DNA of 64,000 nt from an uncultured delta proteobacterium (lineage in GTDB: Bacteria > Myxococcota_A > Polyangia > Polyangiales > Polyangiaceae). Numbering within the stretch: the stretch's first letter is position 1; each line of letters starts with the position of its first letter. Positions 30,779 through 42,331 of this stretch are shown here, one piece after another. Below the pieces are notes generated by a model. The model searched no databases. It saw only the letters and a program-made list of their open reading frames with translations, and was not told the DNA's origin. The stretch spans positions 544,001 through 608,000 of the forward strand of contig CAWJCS010000002.1 of NCBI GenBank assembly GCA_963841435.1, written 5' to 3'. The translations under genes and the position numbers were made by a program.

Positions 30779-31999
30779 TCAAGGTATCGCGGGCGCCCGG
30801 GCTTCGGCACCGCGCGAAGCCCGCACGTCGGCGAAGAGCTCGCAGACCCAGAGCGTTTCGTCGTCGTCCCGCGCGGCGCCGATACCGATGGCGTCGAAGC
30901 TCGGCTCGAGCAGATTCGCTCGGTGCGACGGGCTCGCCCAGAGCATGCGATGGGCTCGCGCTGCGTCCGGCGCGTGCGCGACGTTCTCGCCGACCGCTCG
31001 CGCGACCAGCCCGGCACGTTCGGCGCGGTCGGCCGGCGACCCGTCGCCCACGTCGTGGGAAAGGTTCTGGCGGTCGCGCATGGCGGTGGCGTGTGCCCGC
31101 GCGAGCGCGTCGAGCGCCGGCAATCGGACGACGGCGGCGAGGTCCTCGCTTTCGCGCGCGGCGTTCACCATCCCGAGCAGTTGCTCGTCGGGCAGACCGC
31201 CGGGTGCAGCCACTTCGCCCGGCGCGGGTGTTTGCGAGAAATGGGTGGGCGGCTCCTCGCCGGCAAAGAGCATCGCCTCTGCGAGCGGACGCGGCCCGCC
31301 GTCAACGCGCGCCAGCAGCTGCACGAGCCACGGCCCGGCGCGATCGGCGGAAAAACGTGCCCGCACGACTCCGCCGTCGAGCGACGCGGGAACGGTGTGC
31401 GGCGCCCCGCGCGGCCCGAGCACGAGCACCTCCGCGTCACTGCCGGCGACCAGCAGCCGCGCCGTCACGCTCACCCACGTCCCCACGCGGACCGCGGTGG
31501 GCAAGGGATCGAGGTCCGCGAGCGCCGAAACAGCGACGACGGCGACGAGCTCGCGCTCCCCGCGCACGCGCACGAGAGCGCAGCGACGCTCGCCGCCTTC
31601 GTGGATGGTCGCGAGCCACGAAGGTAGCCGCGCCTCGGCGCCTCGCGTGGCGTCCGGTCCCGATAGCGTCCAGGCGTGCGGCCAGACGTACGGCGAGCCC
31701 TCGCTGCGGAGCGCGAAGCGCAGCTCGTCGGCGTCGAGGGGCGCGCCGGCCAGCTCGCGTTCGGCGACGCGCGCCGCCACGCGCGCGAGTGCGGCGTCCC
31801 CACGCTGGCAGGCGGCCGCGAAATCGCCGCTCGGTGGGTTTTCGCGTTGAGGCGAGCGCGTCGTGGGCTGCCAGCGGTACGGCCCTGGGGCGGGCGCGTG
31901 CACCGCCACTGGCTGAGGCTCGGGGCGTCGTGGCGGCACGCCGCATGCGCTCGCCGCGAGGCCGAGCCCCGCGCCGAGGGCCTTCCACGCGCGCTGCAT
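30779..31999 (-). CDS. CAP/SCP domain lipoprotein
   Basis: Lipobox ASAC; VNAARE, ARAHATAM, GENVA, WASPSHRANLL and IGIG. Confidence 0.82.
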   Translation of the reverse strand: MQRAWKALGAGLGLAASACGVPPRRPEPQPVAVHAPAPGPYRWQPTTRSPQRENPPSGDFAAACQRGDAALARVAARVAERELAGAPLDADELRFALRSEGSPYVWPHAWTLSGPDATRGAEARLPSWLATIHEGGERRCALVRVRGERELVAVVAVSALADLDPLPTAVRVGTWVSVTARLLVAGSDAEVLVLGPRGAPHTVPASLDGGVVRARFSADRAGPWLVQLLARVDGGPRPLAEAMLFAGEEPPTHFSQTPAPGEVAAPGGLPDEQLLGMVNAARESEDLAAVVRLPALDALARAHATAMRDRQNLSHDVGDGSPADRAERAGLVARAVGENVAHAPDAARAHRMLWASPSHRANLLEPSFDAIGIGAARDDDETLWVCELFADVRASRGAEARAPAIP

Positions 32000-32082
32000 G
32001 CCGCGAGCGTACTGCCGTTCCTGCTCGCGCGCGCGGTCATGGTAGAAGGGAGGCTCCCGAGGCCTTAGGTGAAGCACGCCCC

Positions 32083-33559
<1,477 letters not shown>

Positions 33560-33878
33560 AGGCGGCCGCAAGGCCCTCGCGAGACCGACGGGATCACGCG
33601 AGCACTGGGCTCTAGCCGGAACGCGGGTAGTACGGCGAAAATCCGCGAGATCTGCGGACCGAAGGTCCGCCGAAAAGATCCGACAGTCTTTGGAAGAACA
33701 GATCACGATCGGCACGAGCGGCAACGACACGAACAAAAGAACCGGCGGAACGGGCGCCGAATGTTGCGGGTCGGCCGGGATCGCCCAGCGGATCGATCGC
33801 GATCCGTGCAAAGGAGCTCGCGGAAGGCATCGACCTCCCAGTTTCGGACGTCGCTGACGAGCAACCCGCTCAGCCCGT

Positions 33879-35921
33879 CTATTGCGTCCCGTATTCGATC
33901 CAGCCCAGCAACTTGGCCGTGGCGACCGCGGCGGCGGCTTCGCGGATGCTGACAGGAGAGCCCTCGGGTGGGTCCGTCAGTGCCTTGAGAAGCCCCGAGA
34001 GGTCGAGGCGGCGATCCGCACGCCCGAGCACGGCCACGAGCGACGCGGGCGCTCGGCCGATTTCCTTCGAATCCTGGGTCTCCCCGAAGCGCCGACCCGG
34101 GACGACGCGCGTCGATTCCGGCGGCAGCGCGCGCAGTGGGTTGCCCTCGTGCGCGAGGATGACCCCCGCCATCATCGTGCTCGCGAGGTCGAGGTCGAGG
34201 GGGAACTCGACGCGGCCCGGCCCCGTGCCCCGGTAAAACGAGGCGATGCCCTCCTTCCACGTGCACAGGGCCGCCACGCGGTCTCGCCCCTGATCGCGAA
34301 TGGCGCGAAACACGTCGACCGCGTTGACCAGGCCGAGGGCGATCAGCGTGTCCCCGAGCCGCCCGTCGAACCGACCGAGCTGCGACAACGCCCGATCGAG
34401 CTTCTCGCGCGGGAGACTGCCACGGCGCACCAGGTACTCGCCGAGCAGCTCGTTCTTCTCGGAGCTCACCACGTGATGGAGCTTGCCCTGCTCGAGGTAC
34501 ATCTCCTTGCGCGTGCTGCGCCCGCTGCCCGAACGCACGATGAAAAGCGCGCCCGTTTCGCTGCGCGACCTGAGGAGCGCGAGCGCTTCGAGCATGGACT
34601 GATCCGAGAGTATGAACTGGTAGTCGGGAGCCCCGGGGCCAGCCACGCGCCCCGTCACGGCGGTCGTGGAGGGGAGCACGTGCCGGGCGAGCTCGTCGAC
34701 GTCGGCGATCTTCCTGAAGTCGCCCCCGAGCAGCGACACCTCGTCGTACCCGTGCAGCTCGCCCGTCGCGATGAGCTCGATCAAGCGCGCGAACGTGAGC
34801 CCATCGATGACTTCACCGTTGGCGCGCCGCACCTTTGGCGCCTCGTTGACCCCTGGCGACGCGGGCGGAGGCGTGTGCTTGGCCATGCCCCTGAGCTCGG
34901 GCACGCTGCTCGAAGCGCGCACGGCCTGCAGGTTCTGCGACGACGTGCGGATCTTGTGCTCGAGCTTCTTCGCGAGCTCTTTCTGGTCCTGCGCCCAATG
35001 CACCCACTCCGCGAGCTCCTTGATCAGCTGTTCCCTGGGCTTGTCCTGCAGCGGCTCGAGTGCCGCGCGAAACGCGGCCGCCGACTGGAACCGATCGTTC
35101 GGGTCGCAGGCGAGACCTCGCTCGCAAAGCTCGAACAGCCCGTTGGGCAGGCGCGTCGCCTCGCGCCGCAAGGGCTCGATGTTGCCGTCGCGAATGGCGA
35201 GCAGCACGGCGAGCTGCCCCCCACCCGGGAAAACCCGCTCGCCGATCGCGAGCTCGCCGAGGATCGCCGCGAGCGCGAACAGGTCGGCGCGGTGATCGAA
35301 TGGATCGCCCGACACCTGCTCCGGAGCGAGGTAGCCGAACTTGCCTTTGAGGCCTCCGAGCGACGAACGCGCCTCCTCCTCGATGCGCGCGATGCCGAAG
35401 TCGCCGAGCTTTACGTCCCCCTTGACCGACAGGTACACGTTCGACGGCGTCACGTCGCGGTGCACGAGATGGAGCAACCTGCCGTCGTCGCTCTTGGCGG
35501 CATGCACCGCCTCGAGGGCGTGCGCAACTTGAGCCGCGATGAAGATGCCGAGCTCGACGGGCAGCGACCGCGAGTCGGCGTCGAGGCGGCGCAGCATGCG
35601 GTAGAGGTCGAGCCCCTCGACGTACTCCATGGCGAGGTACGGCTCGCCACGCACCAGCCCCGCGCCGTACACCGCCACGACGTTGGGATGCCGCACCTTG
35701 CGGTGCAGCTCGGCCTCGCGCTCGAGTAGCTCGTAGCGGGAGGCTTCGCCGCTCGAGGGCAGCAGGCGCTTGACCACGAGGTGCGGCGCCGGCGCAATCC
35801 CGACTTTGGGGTGAGCCAGGAACACCTCCGCCGTTCCCCCCACCGCCAGGCGTCTTTCGAGCACGAACGGCCCGAACGCGGTGGGCCCCTTAAGCCTCGG
35901 CTCGCGTGGGTCGAGTGCCAC
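33879..35921 (-). CDS. Ser/Thr protein kinase with a C-terminal DUF4388-like region
   Basis: LAVGGTAEVF, VVKR, HRDVTPSNV, DFGIA, GKFGYLAPEQ and DLFALA; start uncertain. Confidence 0.9.
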   Translation of the reverse strand: MALDPREPRLKGPTAFGPFVLERRLAVGGTAEVFLAHPKVGIAPAPHLVVKRLLPSSGEASRYELLEREAELHRKVRHPNVVAVYGAGLVRGEPYLAMEYVEGLDLYRMLRRLDADSRSLPVELGIFIAAQVAHALEAVHAAKSDDGRLLHLVHRDVTPSNVYLSVKGDVKLGDFGIARIEEEARSSLGGLKGKFGYLAPEQVSGDPFDHRADLFALAAILGELAIGERVFPGGGQLAVLLAIRDGNIEPLRREATRLPNGLFELCERGLACDPNDRFQSAAAFRAALEPLQDKPREQLIKELAEWVHWAQDQKELAKKLEHKIRTSSQNLQAVRASSSVPELRGMAKHTPPPASPGVNEAPKVRRANGEVIDGLTFARLIELIATGELHGYDEVSLLGGDFRKIADVDELARHVLPSTTAVTGRVAGPGAPDYQFILSDQSMLEALALLRSRSETGALFIVRSGSGRSTRKEMYLEQGKLHHVVSSEKNELLGEYLVRRGSLPREKLDRALSQLGRFDGRLGDTLIALGLVNAVDVFRAIRDQGRDRVAALCTWKEGIASFYRGTGPGRVEFPLDLDLASTMMAGVILAHEGNPLRALPPESTRVVPGRRFGETQDSKEIGRAPASLVAVLGRADRRLDLSGLLKALTDPPEGSPVSIREAAAAVATAKLLGWIEYGTQ

Positions 35922-36009
35922 GTCTCGATTATGTGCCGACTCGCGGCACGGGTTCAATGTCGGCCTCATAAACCCGCCTTTCGTGCGGCCCGTGCTATGC
36001 GTGGCCGCG

Positions 36010-37620
36010 ATGCGACGGCGCTCGCTCCCCGCCTTCATCCTTTCTCTCGGGGCAATCCTCTTGGCGATCGGCGGGGGTTGTCGGTGCACGCGCAGCACGC
36101 CGCCAGCGGCCTCGGCCGGGGCGGCGCCGTCGGTGCGCTTCTATCTCGTGTCGTCCCTCGCTGGGGCGCTCGAGCCGTGCGGCTGCGTGAAGGACATGCT
36201 GGGTGGTGTCGATCACTTCGCCGCTCTGCTCCAGAACGACGCCGCCGCCGCGCCGCGGCGCCTCGTGCTCGGCGCCGGCCCGACGCTCTTCATGGGGCCC
36301 GAGCTCGACCCGAAGCGGCGCGAGCAGGACCTCGTGAAGGCGCGCGCGCTTGCCGACGTGCTCGCTGCGGTCGGCCTCGTGGGCTGGTCGCCTGCGGCCA
36401 ACGACTGGGCGGGCGGCTCGGCGCTGCTCGCCGAGCTCGCGGGCGATCGCCTCGCCCTGTTCGCGGCGAATCTTCCGGCCCCCGCCTTTGCCTCGGCGAG
36501 GGTTTATGACCTCGGCGGCGAGCGCGTGGGTGTCACCGGCGTCTCGCGGCCCACGTTCTCCGCCGGCGCTGCGCCCGCCGTGGCGCCGGGCGATCCGCGT
36601 GCCGCGCTCGAGAGCGCGCGTGACGAGCTCGTGCGGCAGGGAGCGAAGCTGCTCGTGGCGCTCGTGTCGCTGCCGCGCGGCGAAGCGCTCCGCCTCGCGG
36701 AGGTCGTGCCCGGGTTCTCGCTGTTCGTGCTCGGCAAGCCCGTCGAGCGCGGCGAGCAGAACGACCCCCCGACGCCGCCCGTGAGAATCGGCAATACGCT
36801 GGTCGTCGAGGGGCAAAATCATCTCCAGTCCGTGGCGGTCGTCGATTTCTTCGTGCGCGACGGCAAGTACACGTTCGTCGACGGCTCGGGCATCGCCGAG
36901 GAGGAGCGTCGCCTCAGCGTGAAAGGGCGCATCGACGAGCTCGAGCGCGCGATCGCGCGTCCGGGCGTGGCGGCGGCCGACCGTGAGGCGCGCCGCCGCG
37001 ATCTCCAAAGCCTGCGCGCCGAGCTCGAGCGCCTCCAAAAGCCGCGCCCCGAGCCGAGCGAGAGCTCGTTTTCGTACCGCCTGGTCGAGGTGCGCGAGGG
37101 GCTCGGTTCGGCGGCCGCCGCGAAGGACCGGCTCGCCGCGTACTATCGCGCCGTGAACGAGCACAACCAGCGCGCGTTCGCCGGCGCCATGCCGCCGCCG
37201 GTGCCGGAGGGAAACAGCGGATACGTCGGCGTCGCCGCCTGCACGAGCTGCCACCAGAGCGAGCGCGCGTTCTGGGACAAGACGCCCCACCAAGGCGCGT
37301 ACGCGACGCTCGCCCGCCAAGACAAACAGTTCAATCTCGAGTGCGTCGGCTGTCACGTGACGGGCTACGAGGAGCCCGGCGGCACGACGGTGACGCACGT
37401 CGAGAATCTCACGGCCGTGCAGTGCGAGGTGTGCCACGGGCCCGGCTCGCGCCACGTAAAAAGCCCCATAGACAAGACGCTCATCGATATTCCGGATCAG
37501 TCGTTCTGCGGGCCCAAGTGCCATCACCCACCGCACGTGCACCCGGGCTGGAGCGCGGCGGACGCGTGGTCGAGCATCGTCGGCCCCGGGCACCAGCTGA
37601 CCGCGCCGCCGGCGCGCTGA
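36010..37620 (+). CDS. UshA-like metallophosphatase-fold domain fused to a multiheme cytochrome c (c554-like)
   Basis: GALEPCGC..DMLGG, VLGAG and AANDW; heme motifs CTSCH, CVGCH, CEVCH and CGPKCH. Confidence 0.78.
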   Translation: MRRRSLPAFILSLGAILLAIGGGCRCTRSTPPAASAGAAPSVRFYLVSSLAGALEPCGCVKDMLGGVDHFAALLQNDAAAAPRRLVLGAGPTLFMGPELDPKRREQDLVKARALADVLAAVGLVGWSPAANDWAGGSALLAELAGDRLALFAANLPAPAFASARVYDLGGERVGVTGVSRPTFSAGAAPAVAPGDPRAALESARDELVRQGAKLLVALVSLPRGEALRLAEVVPGFSLFVLGKPVERGEQNDPPTPPVRIGNTLVVEGQNHLQSVAVVDFFVRDGKYTFVDGSGIAEEERRLSVKGRIDELERAIARPGVAAADREARRRDLQSLRAELERLQKPRPEPSESSFSYRLVEVREGLGSAAAAKDRLAAYYRAVNEHNQRAFAGAMPPPVPEGNSGYVGVAACTSCHQSERAFWDKTPHQGAYATLARQDKQFNLECVGCHVTGYEEPGGTTVTHVENLTAVQCEVCHGPGSRHVKSPIDKTLIDIPDQSFCGPKCHHPPHVHPGWSAADAWSSIVGPGHQLTAPPAR

Positions 37621-37647
37621 GCGCGCCGCTCGCCGTTTCGGGCTCGC

Positions 37648-39048
37648 TCACGCCGAAGCGAGGGCGATGAGGCACTGATACGCGGCGTACTTGTAGCTGT
37701 CGGCGAGCGTCGGGTAGTTGAACACCATGTCGATGAACACGTCGACCGTGCCACCGAGCGTGATGGCGACCTGCCCGATGTGCACGAGCTCGCTCGCGCG
37801 CTCGCCGATCACGTGCACGCCGAGGAGCTTGCGTGTTCCCTTTTCGACGACGAGCTTCGTCACTCCCTCGACGTCGCCCGTGATCTTGCCGCGCGGGTTG
37901 TCCGCGTAGAGCGCGCGGCCCGCGACGTAGCCGATGCCCTTCTCCTTGCAGGACTCCTCGGTCTCGCCAAAGCTCGAAACCTCGGGGATCGTGTAGATGC
38001 CGTAGGGCATCTGCGGCGCGACCTCTTGCTTGTAGGTGAAGCCGAAGGCCTGACAGACGGCGACGCGCCCTTGCTCCATCGAGACCGAGGCGAGCGCAGG
38101 GAAGCCCACGATGTCCCCCGCGGCGAGCACGCTCGGCACCTTGGTGCGAAATTGCGCGTCGACAGGCACGTAGCCGCGCGAATCGGCTTCGACCCCGGCG
38201 CGGGCGAGGTCGAGGTCCGCCGAGCGCCCCGTCCTTCCCGCCGCGAACAAGAGCTGCTGGGCCACGAGCTTGGACCCGTCGGAAAGCGTCGCCTCGATGC
38301 CGGCGGGCGTCCGCTTCACCCCGTTCCAGCGCTTGTTTTGCACGAGCTCGATGCCGAGCTTCTGCATGGCGTTCTTCAGCCGGCCCACGATCTCGAGATC
38401 CAGGAACGGCAAGATTTCGCTGCGCGCGTCTACCAGCGTCACCTTCGAGCCGAGCGCGGCGAACATGCAGGCGTACTCGCAGCCGATGACGCCGCCGCCG
38501 AGCACGATGAGCGAGGTCGGGAGCTCGTCGATGGTGAGGATCTCGTCGCTGTCGTGGATGTGCTCGTCGTCGAAATCGATGTCGGCGGGCCGATGGGGTC
38601 GCGACCCGGTGGCGATCAGCACGTACTCGCCGCGATGGCGCTTCTCTCCGGAGTCACTTTTGACGATGACCGTGTGGGCGTCCTCGAAACGGCCGCGCCC
38701 CCGCACGTAGGTGACGCCGTGGCGTTCGAGGTTGTTCCGCATCGACTGCGATTCGGCGACGGCGATGGCGACCTTGCGCGACATCAGGTGCTGCAGCGTC
38801 GCTGCACGGTCGAGCTCGACCGCGACGCCGTAGAGCGCCCGCGCGCGGTGACCCGAGAGGTAGAGCGCCGTCTCGCGCAGCGTCTTGCTCGGCAGGGTGC
38901 CGGTGTGTACGGCGGCGCCCCCGGGATCCGGCTCGCACTCGACGATCAGCACCTTCTTTTGGAAATAGGCCGCTTGCGCCGCGGCCTTCTCCCCGGCCGG
39001 GCCGGCGCCGATGATGATGAGATCGAAGTCGTACGCGGGCTCGGCCAT
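37648..39048 (-). CDS. sthA: Soluble pyridine nucleotide transhydrogenase
   Basis: GAGPAG, GGAAVHTGTLPSKTLRE (no redox CxxxxC), GFPALASVSMEQGR and VFNYPTLADSYKYAA. Confidence 0.92.
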   Translation of the reverse strand: MAEPAYDFDLIIIGAGPAGEKAAAQAAYFQKKVLIVECEPDPGGAAVHTGTLPSKTLRETALYLSGHRARALYGVAVELDRAATLQHLMSRKVAIAVAESQSMRNNLERHGVTYVRGRGRFEDAHTVIVKSDSGEKRHRGEYVLIATGSRPHRPADIDFDDEHIHDSDEILTIDELPTSLIVLGGGVIGCEYACMFAALGSKVTLVDARSEILPFLDLEIVGRLKNAMQKLGIELVQNKRWNGVKRTPAGIEATLSDGSKLVAQQLLFAAGRTGRSADLDLARAGVEADSRGYVPVDAQFRTKVPSVLAAGDIVGFPALASVSMEQGRVAVCQAFGFTYKQEVAPQMPYGIYTIPEVSSFGETEESCKEKGIGYVAGRALYADNPRGKITGDVEGVTKLVVEKGTRKLLGVHVIGERASELVHIGQVAITLGGTVDVFIDMVFNYPTLADSYKYAAYQCLIALASA

Positions 39049-39137
39049 GACCTCCGAGGTTATCCGGTTCGCTCGTGAGGGTCGAGGGCCCGACCCAAGC
39101 TTCGGGCTCTCGCGAGGTCGAACGCCTGGAGGTCAAC

Positions 39138-39443
39138 ATGTCGCTTTTTGCCCGCACGGTGCTCGCGGCGGCCACGGCCGTCCTCTTCCTTTCGACGAAG
39201 GCTTTCGCCCAGACCGAACAGCGAGGCACCTCGAGCGTGCGTGCGTCGGCCACGGGCGCCCGCGTGAGCGGCGTCGACGCGGAGCGCTATCGCATCGAGT
39301 TCGACGACAATCCGCTCGCAGCGCTGCCAAAGGACGGCACCGTGCCGAGCATCCGCGTGCGCCCCGTTCACTCGTCGGGCTATCTGCTTCGCCCGCGCAC
39401 GCACTTCGTATCGGAGATGCTGAAAAGCGTCGAGCGACTCTAG
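39138..39443 (+). CDS. Small exported CglF/GltF-like protein
   Basis: SD GGAGG and signal AFA-Q; C-terminus EFDDNPL...IRVRP...LLRPRTHFVSEMLKSVERL resembles myxobacterial CglF-type peptides (from memory). Confidence 0.55.
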   Translation: MSLFARTVLAAATAVLFLSTKAFAQTEQRGTSSVRASATGARVSGVDAERYRIEFDDNPLAALPKDGTVPSIRVRPVHSSGYLLRPRTHFVSEMLKSVERL

Positions 39444-39519
39444 TTCGGCCTCTAAGATTGGTGGGCGACCAGCGTGGCGCGGTGAGGGCGCCTCGGTACC
39501 GCGTCGTTCCACCCGCGCG

Positions 39520-39864
39520 TCAACTGCCGATCGTGCCGGGGCAACATTCGCGGGGCGGTCGGTCGCTGCAAGAGCCTGCGCCGCGCAGCGTCCAGATGCG
39601 CCGCACACAGCGGCCCGGCCCCGCCAGCGTCATGCCGAGCTCCCCGCTTTTTTGCTCGGTGTCGAGCGCCTCGCCCTCGCAGTGATCGCGCGAAAAGCAT
39701 TCGCGACACTCGCACAGTCGAGCCTCGGTGATGCTCCGACCGGGGCGATAGGCGGGGGGAGCCGGCCCGGCGGGCGGCGGCGAGGGCGCGGTGCTCAGGC
39801 AAGCGATGCAGAGCGGGGCGAGCCAGAAGAGCGTTCGCGCCGGCGAGCGAGTCGGGCCGTGCAC
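39520..39864 (-). CDS. Small Cys-rich exported protein
   Basis: Hydrophobic N-region ending CIAC and multiple Cys; fills the gap between neighbours. Confidence 0.4.
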   Translation of the reverse strand: MHGPTRSPARTLFWLAPLCIACLSTAPSPPPAGPAPPAYRPGRSITEARLCECRECFSRDHCEGEALDTEQKSGELGMTLAGPGRCVRRIWTLRGAGSCSDRPPRECCPGTIGS

Positions 39865-39936
39865 GCTGCTTCGACCGCCTCCGCTTGCGCGGCATTGGGT
39901 CGTGAAGCGAGAGGTCGGTCGCGTCTTCTGCTAAGC

Positions 39937-40921
39937 ATGAGCGCGGAGGCCGCCGATCCGTCTCGCTCGACTCCTTTCCGTCGGCGCCCTGTGGTTTTTG
40001 ACCGCGTGGAACGGCGTTGCCCACGCCTCCGCCGGGCCGCCGCCGCTCGACGAATACCGCGCTCCTCCGAGCTGCCCGGGCGCCGCGTCGTTCTCGGCGC
40101 AGGTTGCGGCGCGCACGCCGAAGTTCCGCGCCGAACCGGCGCGATTTCACGTCGCCGTCGAAATCGTGGAGCTCGAGGACGCTCTCGTCGGCCGGGTGCG
40201 TCTGTCACGAGAGGGCCACGAGAGCGTCCGCGAGCTCGGAGCTCGTCGCTGCGACGAGCTCGTTCGGGCGCTCGCGCTGATCGTCGCCATCCTCGTCGAT
40301 CCCAACGCTGACACGCGACCGCTGCCCGTCGCCGCCGCGGCGCCCCCCGCGCCCGCGCCGCCCCCGGCGCGACCGCCTCCCGCCGAGCTCGTCCGGTCGC
40401 CCGTGCTCGGCGCTGGGACGGGCGCCGTCGCCGACACCGGCATCCTGTCGAATCTCGCCTTCGGTCCCCGCGCTTTCGTCGAGCTCGTGTTCCCTCGTGA
40501 CAAAGCGCTGCCGAGCTCGCTGAGGCTCACCGTTTTGCGCGAGTGGAGCGGCAGGGTCGATGGGGGCGGGGGAGCATCGGTGACCGCCGACCTCACGACG
40601 GCGCGCTTCGACTTCTGCTGGAGCCGCCTGAGGCTAGGGAGCGTTGCGCTTTCGCCCTGCACGAGCGTCGAAGCGGGGGCCCTGCACGTCGAGGGGACGC
40701 ATCCCGTGCGCAACGGCGAGCACACGCTCTCCTGGGTCGCCCTTGGCGCCGAGGCGCGCGGGACGTATTCGTACCTCGGGGTCGCCTTCGTCGAAGCCGA
40801 GGTCGGGGCGACGCTGCCGCTCTCGCGCTACCGGTTCCGGTTCGAGGGGGAGCCCGCCCTCTACGTCACGTCGGTTCTGGGGGTTCACCTGGGGCTCGGC
40901 CTGGGGGTGCGTTTTCCCTGA
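39937..40921 (+). CDS. Exported protein with a C-terminal beta-barrel (ECF cassette 2; probable 1-nt indel just after the ATG)
   Basis: Signal LLSVGALWFLTAWNGVAHA, SCP...CDELVRALALIVAILVDP and terminal LGLGLGVRFP. Confidence 0.65.
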
Positions 40922-40949
40922 TCAGTCCGGACCCGCCGGCACATTGTTC
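40919..40949 (+). promoter_or_regulatory. Candidate ECF promoter TGATCA-N17-CATTGTTC (copy 1)
   Basis: The same bipartite motif with the same spacing recurs at 42329-42359. Confidence 0.55.
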
Positions 40950-40955
40950 AGCAAA

Positions 40956-41540
40956 ATGCCTGCGCCGAGCCTCGCCGCCCTTGCGCTCGGGGCGCCAACG
41001 GTGCCCGTGGCGCGCGCTCTGCGTCTCGAGGCGCTGGCGACGGACAATTACGCCTTCATTTGGCGGTCGCTGCGCCGGCTCGGCGTCCCACCACCCGCCG
41101 TCGATGACGCGGCGCAGCAGGTCTTCGAGGTGGCCGCCCGGCGGCTCGATGCGATCGAGCTCGGGCGCGAGCGCGCCTTCGTGTTCAAGACGGCGTTGCT
41201 CGTCGCGACCGAGGCGCGGCGGGGCTCGGCCAGGCAGCGGGCACTCCATCCCGACGAGCCCATCGAGCTGCTGGCCGATCCGGCGCCGAGCCCGGAGGAC
41301 GCGAGCGACTGGTCAGGGAAGCGCGCGCTGCTCGACGCGATCCTTTTGGCGATGCCGCTCGAGCTTCGCACCGTGTTCGTGCTGTTCGAGCTCGAGGAGC
41401 TCACGATGGCGTCGATTGCCGAGCTGCTCGAGCTGCCGCCGGGCACGGTCGCGTCGCGGCTCAGGCGCGCGCGAGAAGCGTTTCACCAGGCGGCCAAGCG
41501 CGCACGGGCGCGCGTTGCCCGCCGAGGAGGGCCACGATGA
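40956..41540 (+). CDS. ECF RNA polymerase sigma factor (cassette 2)
   Basis: FIWRSLRRLGV...DDAAQQVF and MPLELRTVFVLFELEEL...IAELLELPPGTVASRLRRAR. Confidence 0.92.
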   Translation: MPAPSLAALALGAPTVPVARALRLEALATDNYAFIWRSLRRLGVPPPAVDDAAQQVFEVAARRLDAIELGRERAFVFKTALLVATEARRGSARQRALHPDEPIELLADPAPSPEDASDWSGKRALLDAILLAMPLELRTVFVLFELEELTMASIAELLELPPGTVASRLRRAREAFHQAAKRARARVARRGGPR

Positions 41541-42331
41541 ACGAGCCGAGGCGCCTGAGCGAGCTCCGTACGGACGAGTTCGAGTGTGATTTGATCCTTT
41601 CCGCGCGTCGTGACGAGCCGAGCCCGCTGGCGATGCGCCGCGCGCTCGCGAGCCTCGGGATCGGGATCAGCGTCCCGTTCGGGGCCGCGGCGGCGCAGGG
41701 GGCCGTGGCGCCGGCCAAGGCGGGGGCCGCCGTGCTTTCGAAATGGCTCGTGACGGGCGTCGCGCTCGGCGTTGCGACGGCGGGCGGCGCGCACGTGGCC
41801 CAGCGCGCGTTCGACCCGCGTGCCGCGAGCCTTTCGGTCGCGGCAACGGCCGCTCCGCGCGCCCCCGCGGCTCGCGTCGAAAAGCGCGAGCCGCCGAGCC
41901 CCGCCGAAGCGCCGCCGCTCGAACGCGAAGCCACGCCGCCGGCGCCCCCGGCCATGCTGCACGTGGGGGCGCTACGCGGCGCGCCGGCGCCCCTGCCCGC
42001 TGTGACGGCGCCCCCGCCGTCGAGCGAGGTGATGCCCCGAGCGGCACCGGAGGCGGGCGACTCGCTCGCGCGCGAGGTCGCGGCGGTGGACGCCGCGCGC
42101 CAGGCGCTCTCGCGCGGCGCGCCCGTCGAGGCCGTGAAGCGGCTCGAAGCCTACGAGCGTGAGTTTACTGCCGGCGCGTTGCTCCCCGAAGCTCGCGTGC
42201 TCGAAGTGCACGCGCTGCTCGCCGCCGGGCAGCGCGCGCGGGCCGAGGCGCTCGCCGAGCGCATCATCGCAGCCGATCCGAAAAGCTCCCACGCCGAGGT
42301 GGTGCGCGGGTTGCTCTCGCACAATCGGTGA
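41537..42331 (+). CDS. Putative anti-sigma factor with a TPR-like C-terminus (cassette 2)
   Basis: ATGA overlap, TM KWLVTGVALGVA, Pro-rich linker and SLAREVAAVDAARQAL. Confidence 0.6.
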   Translation: MNEPRRLSELRTDEFECDLILSARRDEPSPLAMRRALASLGIGISVPFGAAAAQGAVAPAKAGAAVLSKWLVTGVALGVATAGGAHVAQRAFDPRAASLSVAATAAPRAPAARVEKREPPSPAEAPPLEREATPPAPPAMLHVGALRGAPAPLPAVTAPPPSSEVMPRAAPEAGDSLAREVAAVDAARQALSRGAPVEAVKRLEAYEREFTAGALLPEARVLEVHALLAAGQRARAEALAERIIAADPKSSHAEVVRGLLSHNR

